64,000 nt of DNA from Candidatus Taylorbacteria bacterium RIFCSPLOWO2_12_FULL_43_20 (GCA_001821295.1 MHSK01000017.1:31-64030); one strand, 5' to 3'. Positions 1-9,290 are shown, counted from the stretch's first letter. The notes: a model not told the origin generated them from the sequence alone. Made by a program: numbers and translations.

Positions 1-1
1 T

Positions 2-334
2 TCAGGAGGAGACCCTCGCATTTCAATAACAGGAGGAACAGCCGGCTCAACGGCAAACGACGGTTTTGCTTTAATAAAGGCAAGCAATAACAATGCCTTT
101 CTGTGGAATTATGAGCTCAGAAACATCATTTTTGGCATTGGACCCAATCCCGCTGCTGATGAAAAAATGAGAATTACTACGACAGGAGTGGGCATAGGAA
201 CAGCCGCGCCTGAAACGAAGCTGGAGGTGGTGGGCGGCCCAATCAAGGCAACCGGAGGACTTATTATTGAGACCAGGAATGACGACCCGGATTCGCCGGA
301 AACGGGAAGAATGTGGTTGAGGACGGATATATAA
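2..334 (+). CDS. C-terminal fragment of a Gly/Thr-rich hypothetical protein (5' end outside window)
   Basis: Frame 2 is open from the window edge to TAA at 332-334 and is missed by the track because it has no Met. Translation reads ...GGTAGSTANDGFALIKASNNNAFLWNYELRNIIFGIGPNPAADEKMRITTTGVGIGTAAPETKLEVVGGPIKATGGLIIETRNDDPDSPETGRMWLRTDI*. Confidence 0.35.
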   Translation, partial: SGGDPRISITGGTAGSTANDGFALIKASNNNAFLWNYELRNIIFGIGPNPAADEKMRITTTGVGIGTAAPETKLEVVGGPIKATGGLIIETRNDDPDSPETGRMWLRTDI

Positions 335-339
335 ATTAT

Positions 340-1359
340 ATGATGATTAAAAAGACTTTTCTACATATCTTTGCTCCGCTGAGTGTTTTAGAACAATTAA
401 AATATCCGAGGATTTGGACCTTGTTTTTTATTTTAATCATAGGGATATTGATTCCGTCTTCTTCTCTTAAGGCGGAGGAAGCAACTGCTGACATTTACCC
501 ATATTATAAGGTGGATGGACCGGTTTTATTTGATTCAACATCTGCCGTAACTATTTTATGGACTTCAACACAGGTTTCGTCCTGTATTGTAACGAGAAAT
601 ACTGATAATAACCGGTGGACAGGAACTTCAGGTTCTTTATATTATCTTGGTGAGGTGTTGGGCAGTATTACTCCTCGTGTTACCTATACACTAACGTGTA
701 CAACTTTAACTGGTGACACCATACGCGATAGTGCTACAGCAATCCCGGTAAAACAATCTTTTCCCGTTCTTGACGTAAAAGCGTTTCAAAGTGGTGTCGA
801 AAAAGAAGTATTATCCTGGAATAGAGTGCCTGATGCTATAGGTTATAGCGTATATAGAAATGATTATCAAGATAATACTGATGCTTATAGCACCGACCGT
901 AATTGGGAATTGAATGGAACGGTACCTCAACCACCTGAAAGCGACGACAGAGTTCGTTTTGAAGATTCCCTGGTTCCTTATGAATATGTTGATTATAGAA
1001 TTCATCCTATTTACAATGATGGAGAATTGCTTGACGTGAGGAATTCAAAATGTTGCATTTACATAAGCAGAGCAACATCCTTCCCTATAGACATCGGCCT
1101 TAGAGTAAATGAAGGGACACCGGCCAGTCCGAGAGTGGTGGTTATTGCCGCATATCCGGAAGGCGATAGTTCATATGGTGCTCGCACATCGCCCGTTCGC
1201 GTAGCTAAAGACGGCAAGATCTACACTTTGGTAGTGGCGAAACTGGATCACCCGTTAGCGTCTAATGTTTTTATCAAACTGGATGATGGTTCCGTAAAGG
1301 CATTGATGAGGTTAGGTGAACCTGACTTCCGATTTGCAGCACCACCCACTTTTCAATGA
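340..1359 (+). CDS. hypothetical secreted/membrane-anchored protein with conserved C-terminal DGKIY...KLDDGSVKAL module
   Basis: The track ORF is 313..1359 with a GTG start; the first ATG is at 340 (MMIKKTF...). It has an N-terminal hydrophobic segment LFFILIIGILIPSSSL. The C-terminus ...KDGKIYTLVVAKLDHPLASNVFIKLDDGSVKALMRLGEPDF is shared with the out-of-frame module at 3757-3868. Confidence 0.55.
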   Translation: MMIKKTFLHIFAPLSVLEQLKYPRIWTLFFILIIGILIPSSSLKAEEATADIYPYYKVDGPVLFDSTSAVTILWTSTQVSSCIVTRNTDNNRWTGTSGSLYYLGEVLGSITPRVTYTLTCTTLTGDTIRDSATAIPVKQSFPVLDVKAFQSGVEKEVLSWNRVPDAIGYSVYRNDYQDNTDAYSTDRNWELNGTVPQPPESDDRVRFEDSLVPYEYVDYRIHPIYNDGELLDVRNSKCCIYISRATSFPIDIGLRVNEGTPASPRVVVIAAYPEGDSSYGARTSPVRVAKDGKIYTLVVAKLDHPLASNVFIKLDDGSVKALMRLGEPDFRFAAPPTFQ

Positions 1360-1419
1360 CAGATGTGAAAGAATATGGGTATTTTAAGTGGACAAAAGGG
1401 GTGTGCGGAAGTCAGGAAA

Positions 1420-1461
1420 CTGGGTGATGGTTCCGTAAAGGCATTGATGAGGTTAGGTGAA
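1420..1461 (+). repeat. 42-bp direct duplicate of the 3' coding end of the upstream gene (copy of 1279..1320, 1 mismatch)
   Basis: ctgggtgatggttccgtaaaggcattgatgaggttaggtgaa matches ctggatgatggttccgtaaaggcattgatgaggttaggtgaa at 1279-1320. Confidence 0.8.
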
Positions 1462-1571
1462 GCAAGATGAAGTTATCCTCCATAGAATAGTATTTGCATA
1501 CCTAGCACGCACTCAGTCTTTGCTGTTAGGGATACTTGCTATTTTAGGTATATATATTGTATACTATACCT

Positions 1572-2696
1572 ATGAATTACGATAGAACAATATACAATAC
1601 CTTATTAAAAAATATAGGCAAAAAGCCCATCATAATACTTTATGGGGCAAGACAGGTTGGGAAAACAACCCTTATCAAGACAATATTAAGAATTTTTACC
1701 AAAACTCTCTATTTACAAGGAGATGATCCCAAAGATGCTCTACTCCTCCAACATAGGTCTGCGGATGAGCTTTCCGAATTAGTGTCAGGATATGATCTCG
1801 TTGTCATTGACGAAGCTCAGAGAATAGAGGACATAGGAATTTCACTCAAACTGATCGCTGATAATGTCGAAAACGCCAAAGTTATCGCTTCGGGTTCTTC
1901 CTCCTTCGAATTGGCAAACAAGCTGAATGAGCCTCTGACGGGCAGAAACCGAAAGTTCTATCTTTATCCGTTATCAATAGGAGAATTAGTTTTGGCTCAT
2001 GGGAAAATAAATATACAAAAAGAACTTGAAACCTACATGACTTTCGGCATGTACCCGAAAATAGTCTCCGCGGAATCAAGAGAAGAAAAAGCGCTTCTGG
2101 TGAAAGAACTGGCGGGCGATTATTTATTCAAGGATTTATTTATGTTCGGGGATATAAGAAACTTCTTTGCTTTTGAAAAACTCATAAAGCTTCTGGCTCT
2201 TTGTATCGGAAATGAGATTTCTTATTCAGAATTGGCAAAAGAGGTCGGTATAAGCAGAAGTACGGTGTTAAATTATGTAAATTTGCTTGAACAGGCCTTC
2301 ATAATATTTAGGATGACTCCTCTTTACACAAACAAAACTAAGGAAATCAATAAAAGCCACAAAATCTATTTTTTTGACCTGGGTATCAGAAACGCAATTA
2401 TCAATAATACCGATCCTATGGAACTTCGTCTGGATAAAGGCGCAATTTTTGAAAATTTCTTTATCGCAGAAAAGATAAAACAGCGAGAATATTCCGGAAG
2501 AACGAGCGAAATTCATTTTTGGAAAAGCAGAAACGGAGCTGAAGTGGATTTTGTGGAAGTTTCGAGTGGACAAGTCGAAGCATTTGAATGTAAATGGAAA
2601 GAAAAGGTCAACGCGCCAAAGGCCTGGTCGGAAACATACCCAACATCAGTTTTTAAGTCCGTGAACACAGAGAACGTTATTGACTACACTTCTTAG
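1572..2696 (+). CDS. AAA+ ATPase of the COG1373/DUF4143 type
   Basis: Walker A motif GARQVGKTTL, a DEAQ-like Walker B (VVIDEAQ), and a C-terminal region typical of DUF4143-containing ATPases. The track ORF starts at TTG 1557; the first ATG is at 1572. Confidence 0.6.
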   Translation: MNYDRTIYNTLLKNIGKKPIIILYGARQVGKTTLIKTILRIFTKTLYLQGDDPKDALLLQHRSADELSELVSGYDLVVIDEAQRIEDIGISLKLIADNVENAKVIASGSSSFELANKLNEPLTGRNRKFYLYPLSIGELVLAHGKINIQKELETYMTFGMYPKIVSAESREEKALLVKELAGDYLFKDLFMFGDIRNFFAFEKLIKLLALCIGNEISYSELAKEVGISRSTVLNYVNLLEQAFIIFRMTPLYTNKTKEINKSHKIYFFDLGIRNAIINNTDPMELRLDKGAIFENFFIAEKIKQREYSGRTSEIHFWKSRNGAEVDFVEVSSGQVEAFECKWKEKVNAPKAWSETYPTSVFKSVNTENVIDYTS

Positions 2697-2766
2697 CTGT
2701 GGAATAACAGGGACAGCCATCATTCTTTTGCCTGCGGTTTACTTGGAGTTTTTGCAACCTAATCTT

Positions 2767-3744
2767 ATGAAGAAAATAATATTTAGTTTGGTAATCATTG
2801 GCTTTTGGATTGTTTCTTATGGCGCCGTTAATTTCGCAAATGCTTCTAATATGATTGAAGTTTGTAGACTTAATGGCCAGGTGGTTAAAATCACCGATGA
2901 TTATGTTTTTCTTGAAATAAAAAAAGCGTCATATGATGATCCTTTATCATTGGGTGGAGAATATTTTGAAGAATGTAAGAATATAATGAGAAGTGGAGCT
3001 TTGTATCGTTTTTCCACACGAATAAATGAATCCGGCAATTCGTTCTTTAGAGGGGATTTTCGCAATAGTTCTGTCGGTCAATCTATCGTAATTACAAAAG
3101 ATATTGGGAATGCCATGGGTCCTGAAGGAGAGGTCAACTGGGAACAGTGGGTATTGAGGAGAATCGGAAATGTGGAGGGAATCAGATATATAGAACTTGA
3201 AAAAGATACTGGTTCAGAAATCTCAGCAGAACCGGTTTATACGAATGATCCTTTAGTTAAAAATATTTTAAGTGATTCTCTAGTTGAAAACCGCACATAC
3301 ACCATTGCAAAACTGAACAAAAATACCTCCATAGCCCCGAGAAAGTTTTTCACGGAGGCGTATGTTTCGTATATTTACATATGCCCACCGTGTGGCGGAG
3401 AAGCATTATGTATGCCGTGTCTCGACAATTCCTTTATCATTCTTTCGGAAGACTTTGGTTTTAAATATTCACCGGGAAGTGCTTTAGACAAGGAAATATT
3501 AGTTTACACTAAATCTCTTGATTCTGAAAAGCTTGTGGAAGACCAAAAATATCGTTTTGAAGTTTCAATTCAAAATACTAGCAACACAAATGTTCCCCAA
3601 AACGAATTCACACTGATTTCGGTGAAAAATATTGACGGTAGTGTTGTTGCCCCTGAAACTACAGCTCCGCCAATTACCGATCAACCACCAAAGAAATCTT
3701 TCTTTGGTCGCATCTGGAACTGGTTTGCGAGATTGTTTGAGTAA
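2767..3744 (+). CDS. hypothetical secreted protein (signal peptide MKKIIFSLVIIGFWIVSYGAVNFANA)
   Basis: The track ORF is 2680..3744. An internal Met at 2767 gives a canonical signal peptide and avoids overlap with the preceding gene. It contains a Cys cluster (CPPCGGEALCMPC). No recognised domain. Confidence 0.5.
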   Translation: MKKIIFSLVIIGFWIVSYGAVNFANASNMIEVCRLNGQVVKITDDYVFLEIKKASYDDPLSLGGEYFEECKNIMRSGALYRFSTRINESGNSFFRGDFRNSSVGQSIVITKDIGNAMGPEGEVNWEQWVLRRIGNVEGIRYIELEKDTGSEISAEPVYTNDPLVKNILSDSLVENRTYTIAKLNKNTSIAPRKFFTEAYVSYIYICPPCGGEALCMPCLDNSFIILSEDFGFKYSPGSALDKEILVYTKSLDSEKLVEDQKYRFEVSIQNTSNTNVPQNEFTLISVKNIDGSVVAPETTAPPITDQPPKKSFFGRIWNWFARLFE

Positions 3745-3756
3745 TAGAGGAAGTAC

Positions 3757-3868
3757 AGATGGCAAGATCTACGCTTTGGTGCTGGTAGAGCCGAATGATC
3801 CGAACGCGTCAGACGTCATTCTCAAACTCGGCGATGGGTCGCTCAAGGCGTTGAGGAAGTATCCTTAA
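3757..3868 (+). other. out-of-frame C-terminal module homologous to the C-terminus of the 340..1359 protein (possible +1 frameshift or pseudogenised tail)
   Basis: Frame 2 encodes ...STDGKIYALVLVEPNDPNASDVILKLGDGSLKALRKYP*, aligning with DGKIYTLVVAKLDHPLASNVFIKLDDGSVKAL of ORF 340..1359. Frame 1 of the upstream gene stops at TAA 3742-3744, so joining the two requires a +1 shift. Confidence 0.45.
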
Positions 3869-3877
3869 TAGGACTTC

Positions 3878-3962
3878 CCTTTTGATGTGATTCCCGCTTT
3901 CCCCCCTTCGCTCTAAGAAGAGCTACTGGAGGGCGCAGCGCGGGAATGATAGATGAGAAATG
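3878..3962. repeat. MITE-like palindromic repeat (CCCCTTCGCTCTAAGAAGAGCTAC / GCGGGAATGA family)
   Basis: The motif ccccttcgctctaagaagagctac..gcgcagcgcgggaatga recurs at 31700-31760 and 44590-44650. Confidence 0.5.
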
Positions 3963-4022
3963 ATTTGAATAAGCAGAAAAAAAACCGCTCGCTGGGAACG
4001 GTTGTGAAAACGCAAATTGAGA

Positions 4023-4895
4023 CTATTCCGAAGACCTGGCAACAACTGATAGCCATAAACGGGGAATGAATTTATTTTCAAGACCCACGGCGTATTTTTC
4101 AAAAATCCGCTTTACGGACGCCTGCAGCGCGTCGGCCGCGTCCTCTTTGCCAAAGCCATGCAACGCTCCGCTAGCGTAATCGTAATACCCGCAAATATCA
4201 AGCCAGAATTGAAGATCGGTCTCCACCAGAGTTTCTTTGACGGCAATAATATCAAAGCCCGAGTTTCTTGCCGTGTCAGTATAATGCTCTATGGGTAGAA
4301 AAGAGCTCGCTTCAGGTTTGTGTTTGTCTTTATCTCTCACCACTCCTTTGTCCTTGAGAATCTGCATGGCAACTTTTACTTTTTCCTTGTAGAAAGCCAT
4401 GGTTTCCTCCGGCCGCGAATTTCCATAGAATGTCGTGTTGAAACAGAACCACCCCCCTGGACGAAGAATATTCTTAATTCCCTTCATCGTGTCAAGCTGA
4501 GACTCGGGAGTCATGTAATGTATAGCATTGCCGCAAACCGCAACATCTATTACTTCACTTACGTTTAATTCGCTGGATAGCTTGTCCGCTTCCGAACGGA
4601 TAAAGCGCATTTGTGAAGAAGACTGCCCCACGTTGTCTTTGGCTTGTTGGATGACATCCTCCGACGCATCTGCACAAATCCACTTGGGCTGCCACGTGGC
4701 AGGCATTTTTCTTTGAAACGACTGGACCATTGTGCCTGTCCCAGACGCTATATCCAAAACGCAGGAAACGCGTAGTGTCCCATGTTTTACCATGATATCC
4801 AGCCAATCTTTCACGTTTTGTTCGTTGATATCAACATATTTGGGGTTTCTCGCAAATACCTCAAATGTTCCACTGTTTTTTTGCTCGTTTTGCAT
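4023..4895 (-). CDS. class I SAM-dependent methyltransferase
   Basis: Motif I VLDIASGTGTMV, overall Rossmann-fold methyltransferase pattern, 290 aa. Confidence 0.6.
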   Translation of the reverse strand: MQNEQKNSGTFEVFARNPKYVDINEQNVKDWLDIMVKHGTLRVSCVLDIASGTGTMVQSFQRKMPATWQPKWICADASEDVIQQAKDNVGQSSSQMRFIRSEADKLSSELNVSEVIDVAVCGNAIHYMTPESQLDTMKGIKNILRPGGWFCFNTTFYGNSRPEETMAFYKEKVKVAMQILKDKGVVRDKDKHKPEASSFLPIEHYTDTARNSGFDIIAVKETLVETDLQFWLDICGYYDYASGALHGFGKEDAADALQASVKRIFEKYAVGLENKFIPRLWLSVVARSSE

Positions 4896-5031
4896 TTTAT
4901 TTTTTTGTTAAGTTGCTCCCAAGCGAAACTATATCACAATTGAATGAAAAGAAATCAACTGGTATGGAGTGGGGTTATTGAAATTTTGACTTTCATTTTG
5001 ACTTTCATATTCTCTATGCTATTCTAATGTT

Positions 5032-5262
5032 ATGAACACATTTTCCGCGGTATTGCCATATATTCAGATCGCCTTATCAATTCTTCTCATTATTGGAATA
5101 TTACTCCAGCAATCAAGCGCCGGTTTAGGCGGCGCATTCGGTGAGGGCAACAATTTTAGCGGTTTCAACACCAAAAGAGGATTTGAAAGAACTTTATTCA
5201 TTGCAACAATAATATTGGCTGTTCTATTCGGCGCAAGCGCGTTTATCGCACTTATTATTTAA
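5032..5262 (+). CDS. secG: preprotein translocase subunit SecG
   Basis: 76 aa with two TM helices. The motif LLQQSSAGLGGAFGEGNNFSGFNTKRGFERTL matches the SecG signature LLQ..KG.G.G..FG...F..RG.E..L. Confidence 0.7.
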   Translation: MNTFSAVLPYIQIALSILLIIGILLQQSSAGLGGAFGEGNNFSGFNTKRGFERTLFIATIILAVLFGASAFIALII

Positions 5263-5384
5263 ATTATCTAATTAATTTATTCTTCGAAACTTTTGCCGGA
5301 AATACAGGTCAGTTTTTTCAATTGCCCGAGCAAACATGAGTAAGAGCCTATCTCAATCTAACCGTAAAATATGAAGAAAAATCA

Positions 5385-5530
5385 CTACTTGCCTGCCGAA
5401 ATGTCCAAAATTCTGCTGCAAATTGCGTATTTCTCGTCAGCGTACCTCGGTATGCTTCCTCAAAATCCGCAATTTTCGCAAAGAATTTTGAACATTTCAG
5501 TTAGCCATTAGATTGTAGATAGCCTCTAAA
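5385..5530 (+). repeat. conserved ~140-bp intergenic leader repeat (copy 1 of 3)
   Basis: ctgccgaaatgtccaaaattctgctgcaaattgcgtatttctcgtcagcgtacctcggtatgcttcctcaaaatccgcaattttcgcaaagaattttgaacatttc..ccattagat is near-identical to 29140-29265 and partially to 28313-28365, each immediately 5' of a plus-strand gene start. Confidence 0.7.
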
Positions 5531-5536
5531 GCATTT

Positions 5537-7267
5537 ATGGATTTAAACAGAAGGATCTTTGGAACCCGCCGTACCGGCTTTTCCGAGCATATAGTCTCGC
5601 GTTTTTCTCTTACTGAAAGAGTTATTTTTTATATCTGCGCCATAACCATAACCATAAGCTCTATTGTGCTGTTGTGGGGGGTAAATAATAACTTTCTGGT
5701 TCCTGTGCCCGCCAGAGGCGGTACGCTTGTTGAAGGCATTGTAGGATACCCGAGGTTTATAAACCCGATTTTATATTATTCATCAGCCGGTGACGACCTT
5801 GAAAAATTGATCTATTCGGGATTAGTGAAATCCATGCCAGACGGAACGCTGGTACCGGATTTGGCCAAGTCGTACGACATATCAGAGGACGAGCTCACAT
5901 ATACCTTCGTCTTGAAAGACAACGTCAAATTCCACGACGGCGAGCCGGTCACCGCCGAGGATGTTGAATTCACAATCAAAAGAGCGGCTGATCCTGGCAT
6001 AAAAAGCCCAGAACGTGTAAAATGGGAAGGTGTGAATGTTGAGATAGTTGATCCTAAAACGATAAGATTTACCCTGAAAAATCCTTATACTCCTTTTCTT
6101 GAGAACGCAACTCTTGGAATTTTGCCCAAACATATCTGGAAAAACGCCGATATTGAGCAATTTACGTTCAGTAAATTCAACGCCGAGCCCATTGGCACGG
6201 GTCCGTACTTCATTGACATTATCAAAAGAGACGTTGAGGGAATACCCCGGTATTACGAATTGAGATCATTCAAGGACTACGCTCTCGGCGAGCCAATGAT
6301 AGAAAAAATAGTAGTTAAATTTTATCCTACCGAAACAGCTGTGATTGAGGCGTATAATAAGGGCGAAGTTGAGAGCATCAACGCGGTGTCCGGCAAAAAT
6401 GTAGCGGATTTTGCCTCTGTGAATGGAGAGGTCAACAAAACTCCTTTGCCGAGAGTTTTCGGAGTATTCTTCAACCAGAATCAGCAAAAAATTCTTTCAA
6501 ACAAGGAAGTCAGAGAGGCGCTCAGAATGAGCGTAAACAAAAAAGAAATAATTGATACTGTGCTCCACGGTTACGGAACTCGGATTGCCGGTCCTTTGCC
6601 GCCCGGTTTCCCTCTTGTAACAGACGACGATGAGGATCGCGCCGAGGCGGATATTGATGGCGCCAGAGAGCTTCTTTCATCCAACGGGTGGACGCTTGAC
6701 GAGAACGGTTTCTTTGAAAAAAAATCCAAAACAGATTCAACTGCTTTGAAATTTACAATCTCAACATCCGATACTCCGGAACTTTCAGCCACGGCAAACC
6801 TGCTCAAGGAACAGTGGAGAAAGATCGGCGCGGACGTTGATGTAAAAGTGTTTGAATCGGGTGATTTCAACCAATCAGTGCTGAGGCCGAGAAAGTACGA
6901 TGCGCTCCTGTTTGGTGAAATCATAGGACGAGATCTGGATCTTTACGCTTTTTGGCATTCCGGAGAACGCAACGATCCCGGCTTAAACATAGCCATGTAT
7001 GCCAACACATCAGTTGACAAAGCGCTCTCATCAATTCGCTCCACATCTCTTGCCGATGAGAGGGCCGAACAATTATTAATTATTCAAAAAGAAATCAAAG
7101 AGGATATTCCCGCCATATTCATATACTCACCCGACTATATTTACGTTCTCCCTAAAAAAATCAAAAATTTCAAAATGGGAAAACTTATGGGACCATCAGA
7201 GAGATTCGCTTCTGTCAGTGACTGGTATATTAACGAGGATAAAGTCTGGAACATATTCGCAAAATAA
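5537..7267 (+). CDS. ABC transporter substrate-binding protein, family 5 (oligopeptide/nickel type)
   Basis: N-terminal TM anchor. LVPDLAKSYDISEDELTYTFVLKDNVKFHDGEPVTAEDVEFTIKRA is the SBP_bac_5 signature region. 576 aa. Confidence 0.7.
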   Translation: MDLNRRIFGTRRTGFSEHIVSRFSLTERVIFYICAITITISSIVLLWGVNNNFLVPVPARGGTLVEGIVGYPRFINPILYYSSAGDDLEKLIYSGLVKSMPDGTLVPDLAKSYDISEDELTYTFVLKDNVKFHDGEPVTAEDVEFTIKRAADPGIKSPERVKWEGVNVEIVDPKTIRFTLKNPYTPFLENATLGILPKHIWKNADIEQFTFSKFNAEPIGTGPYFIDIIKRDVEGIPRYYELRSFKDYALGEPMIEKIVVKFYPTETAVIEAYNKGEVESINAVSGKNVADFASVNGEVNKTPLPRVFGVFFNQNQQKILSNKEVREALRMSVNKKEIIDTVLHGYGTRIAGPLPPGFPLVTDDDEDRAEADIDGARELLSSNGWTLDENGFFEKKSKTDSTALKFTISTSDTPELSATANLLKEQWRKIGADVDVKVFESGDFNQSVLRPRKYDALLFGEIIGRDLDLYAFWHSGERNDPGLNIAMYANTSVDKALSSIRSTSLADERAEQLLIIQKEIKEDIPAIFIYSPDYIYVLPKKIKNFKMGKLMGPSERFASVSDWYINEDKVWNIFAK

Positions 7268-7269
7268 AA

Positions 7270-7402
7270 TTAACTTAGGACTTACGCAGTTGGATGCAGT
7301 TCGAGGCGCAAGCGAGTATTGCGACCAAAATGTATGGACTTATACATTGCGGGAGCAAACGGAGCTTGCAACGAAGAAATGCGCCGACTGCGTAAGTCAT
7401 AT
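7270..7402. mobile_element. MITE-like element with GGACTTACG...CGTAAGTCC terminal inverted repeats (family 1, copy 1)
   Basis: About 125 bp with perfect TIRs gacttacgcagt...actgcgtaagtc, about 93% identical to 25775-25897. A right-end fragment also occurs at 57225-57275. Confidence 0.65.
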
Positions 7403-7406
7403 AACT

Positions 7407-9290
7407 ATGGAAAAAAATTATATAAGTAGAGAGAGAAGCTCAGGGAACGCTGATAGAAACCGCGCCCCGAGACGAGGACGGCCTGCCCAAAAACGAAGTT
7501 CGGTGTTTGGAGCGGGTGCGGGCATGAGAAAGGACGGAATGAGCGCAGATAGAAAGTATCCGCGACCCCGCTCGAACATGCGGCATAACGATGATGACAT
7601 CATTCCTCCCGCCGGCGATGCCATAAGAATCGTGCCGCTTGGCGGCGTGGAAGAGGTGGGTAAAAACATGACCGTCGTTGAGTATAAGGACGACATTATC
7701 ATCCTTGACGCTGGGTTCCAGTTTAAGGAGGAGGCCACGCCGGGGATAGACTATATATTGCCCAACACCAAATACTTGGAGGAACGGAAGCATAAAATAA
7801 AAGCACTCATAATCACACACGGCCACTTGGATCACGTGGGCGGCATTCCATACATTATGGATAGAATAGGAAACCCTCCAATATTCACCAGAAACCTTAC
7901 GTCAATAATGATCCGTAAAAGACAGACGGAGTTCCCTCACCTCCCCGAACTGAATTTGAAAGTGGTTGAAAAGAAGGACAGAATAAAAATCGGCAATTTG
8001 TACGTGAGGTTTTTCTCGGTTACTCATACTATTCCCGACTCTATGGGTGTCATTATAGAAACGCCTTACGGCAATATAGTCAATCCGGGTGATTTCAAAT
8101 TGGATCACGTTGAAGGAGTGCCGACCGAAGAAGAGGCGGAGGAATACGGTATTTTTGAAAAGGAAAAAACGCTCTTTTTCATGACTGACTCCACCAATGT
8201 GGAAAACCCCGGCTTTTCCACGCCGGAAAGAATCGTCCACAAAAATCTGGACGATATTATCAAGAACATCAAAGGCCGCTTGATAATCGGTACCTTCGCT
8301 TCTCAACTGGAACGAATGATAAAAATTATAGAAATCGCTGAAAAATACAACAAAAAAATCGTCGTTGAGGGAAGGAGTATGAAGAATAACATTGAGATCG
8401 CCATCCAAGCCGGAATATTGAAGACAAAGAAAGATACGATCATCGGCTCTGAGCGCGCGGAGGAATTTCCACCTGATAGAATTATCGTTCTCGCCACGGG
8501 AGCGCAAGGAGAAGAATTTGCCGCGCTTATGAGAATTTCAACGCAGGGTCATAAACACATCAAATTTACCAAGAGAGACACGGTCCTCTTGTCGTCATCA
8601 ATTATTCCAGGCAATGAAAAAACAGTTCAAAAACTTAAAGACAATATTTCAAGGCAGGGCGCTAAGATAATTCACTACAGAACATCTGACGTTTACATAC
8701 ACTCCACCGGTCACGGCAACCGAGGCGAGATAGAATGGCTGCATAAAAAAGTCCGGCCGAAATTCTTCATGCCCATCCACGGCAATCATTATATGCTCCG
8801 GCTTCACGCCGAATTGGCGACTCATCTAGGCATGCCCGAACAGAATATAATCGTGCCGGATAACGGAACAATTGTGGAAATTAGGGACAAGGGTGAAAAA
8901 ATGATCCGCCTGGACGTCAAAGCGCCTTCCGGAATAGTTATGGTGGACGGCTTCGCGATCGGAGACATACAAGAAGTGGTTATTCGCGATCGACAAATGC
9001 TCGCGCAAGACGGCATGTTTGTAATTGTAGCGACAATTGACGCTTCCACAGGCCGTCTGAAGAAGTCTCCTGATCTAATATCAAGAGGTTTTGTGTATTT
9101 GAGAGAATCCCAAGAATTGCTGCGACAAGCCAGATTCGTCATAAAAAAAACAGTGGAAGAATCGACGGAGGGTCTGAACCCGATAAATTTTGATTACGTG
9201 AAATCAAACTTAACAGATGCTGTCAGTAAATTTTTGTTTCAGAAAACCGCAAAACGTCCGATTGTAATACCGGTGCTTTTAGCAGTGTAA
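7407..9290 (+). CDS. rnj: ribonuclease J (metallo-beta-lactamase/beta-CASP family)
   Basis: MBL motif HGHLDHVGG, beta-CASP and RNase J C-terminal region, Arg-rich N-terminal extension. The track ORF 7218..9290 starts at GTG inside the MITE; the first ATG after the MITE is at 7407. Confidence 0.8.
   Translation: MEKNYISRERSSGNADRNRAPRRGRPAQKRSSVFGAGAGMRKDGMSADRKYPRPRSNMRHNDDDIIPPAGDAIRIVPLGGVEEVGKNMTVVEYKDDIIILDAGFQFKEEATPGIDYILPNTKYLEERKHKIKALIITHGHLDHVGGIPYIMDRIGNPPIFTRNLTSIMIRKRQTEFPHLPELNLKVVEKKDRIKIGNLYVRFFSVTHTIPDSMGVIIETPYGNIVNPGDFKLDHVEGVPTEEEAEEYGIFEKEKTLFFMTDSTNVENPGFSTPERIVHKNLDDIIKNIKGRLIIGTFASQLERMIKIIEIAEKYNKKIVVEGRSMKNNIEIAIQAGILKTKKDTIIGSERAEEFPPDRIIVLATGAQGEEFAALMRISTQGHKHIKFTKRDTVLLSSSIIPGNEKTVQKLKDNISRQGAKIIHYRTSDVYIHSTGHGNRGEIEWLHKKVRPKFFMPIHGNHYMLRLHAELATHLGMPEQNIIVPDNGTIVEIRDKGEKMIRLDVKAPSGIVMVDGFAIGDIQEVVIRDRQMLAQDGMFVIVATIDASTGRLKKSPDLISRGFVYLRESQELLRQARFVIKKTVEESTEGLNPINFDYVKSNLTDAVSKFLFQKTAKRPIVIPVLLAV

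Noticed and set aside
7218-7406. GTG-initiated N-terminal extension of RNase J given by the ORF track.
   Set aside because: The extension is the translation of the family-1 MITE, which is duplicated at 25775-25897 in non-coding context. The first ATG after the element (7407) gives a normal RNase J N-terminus.
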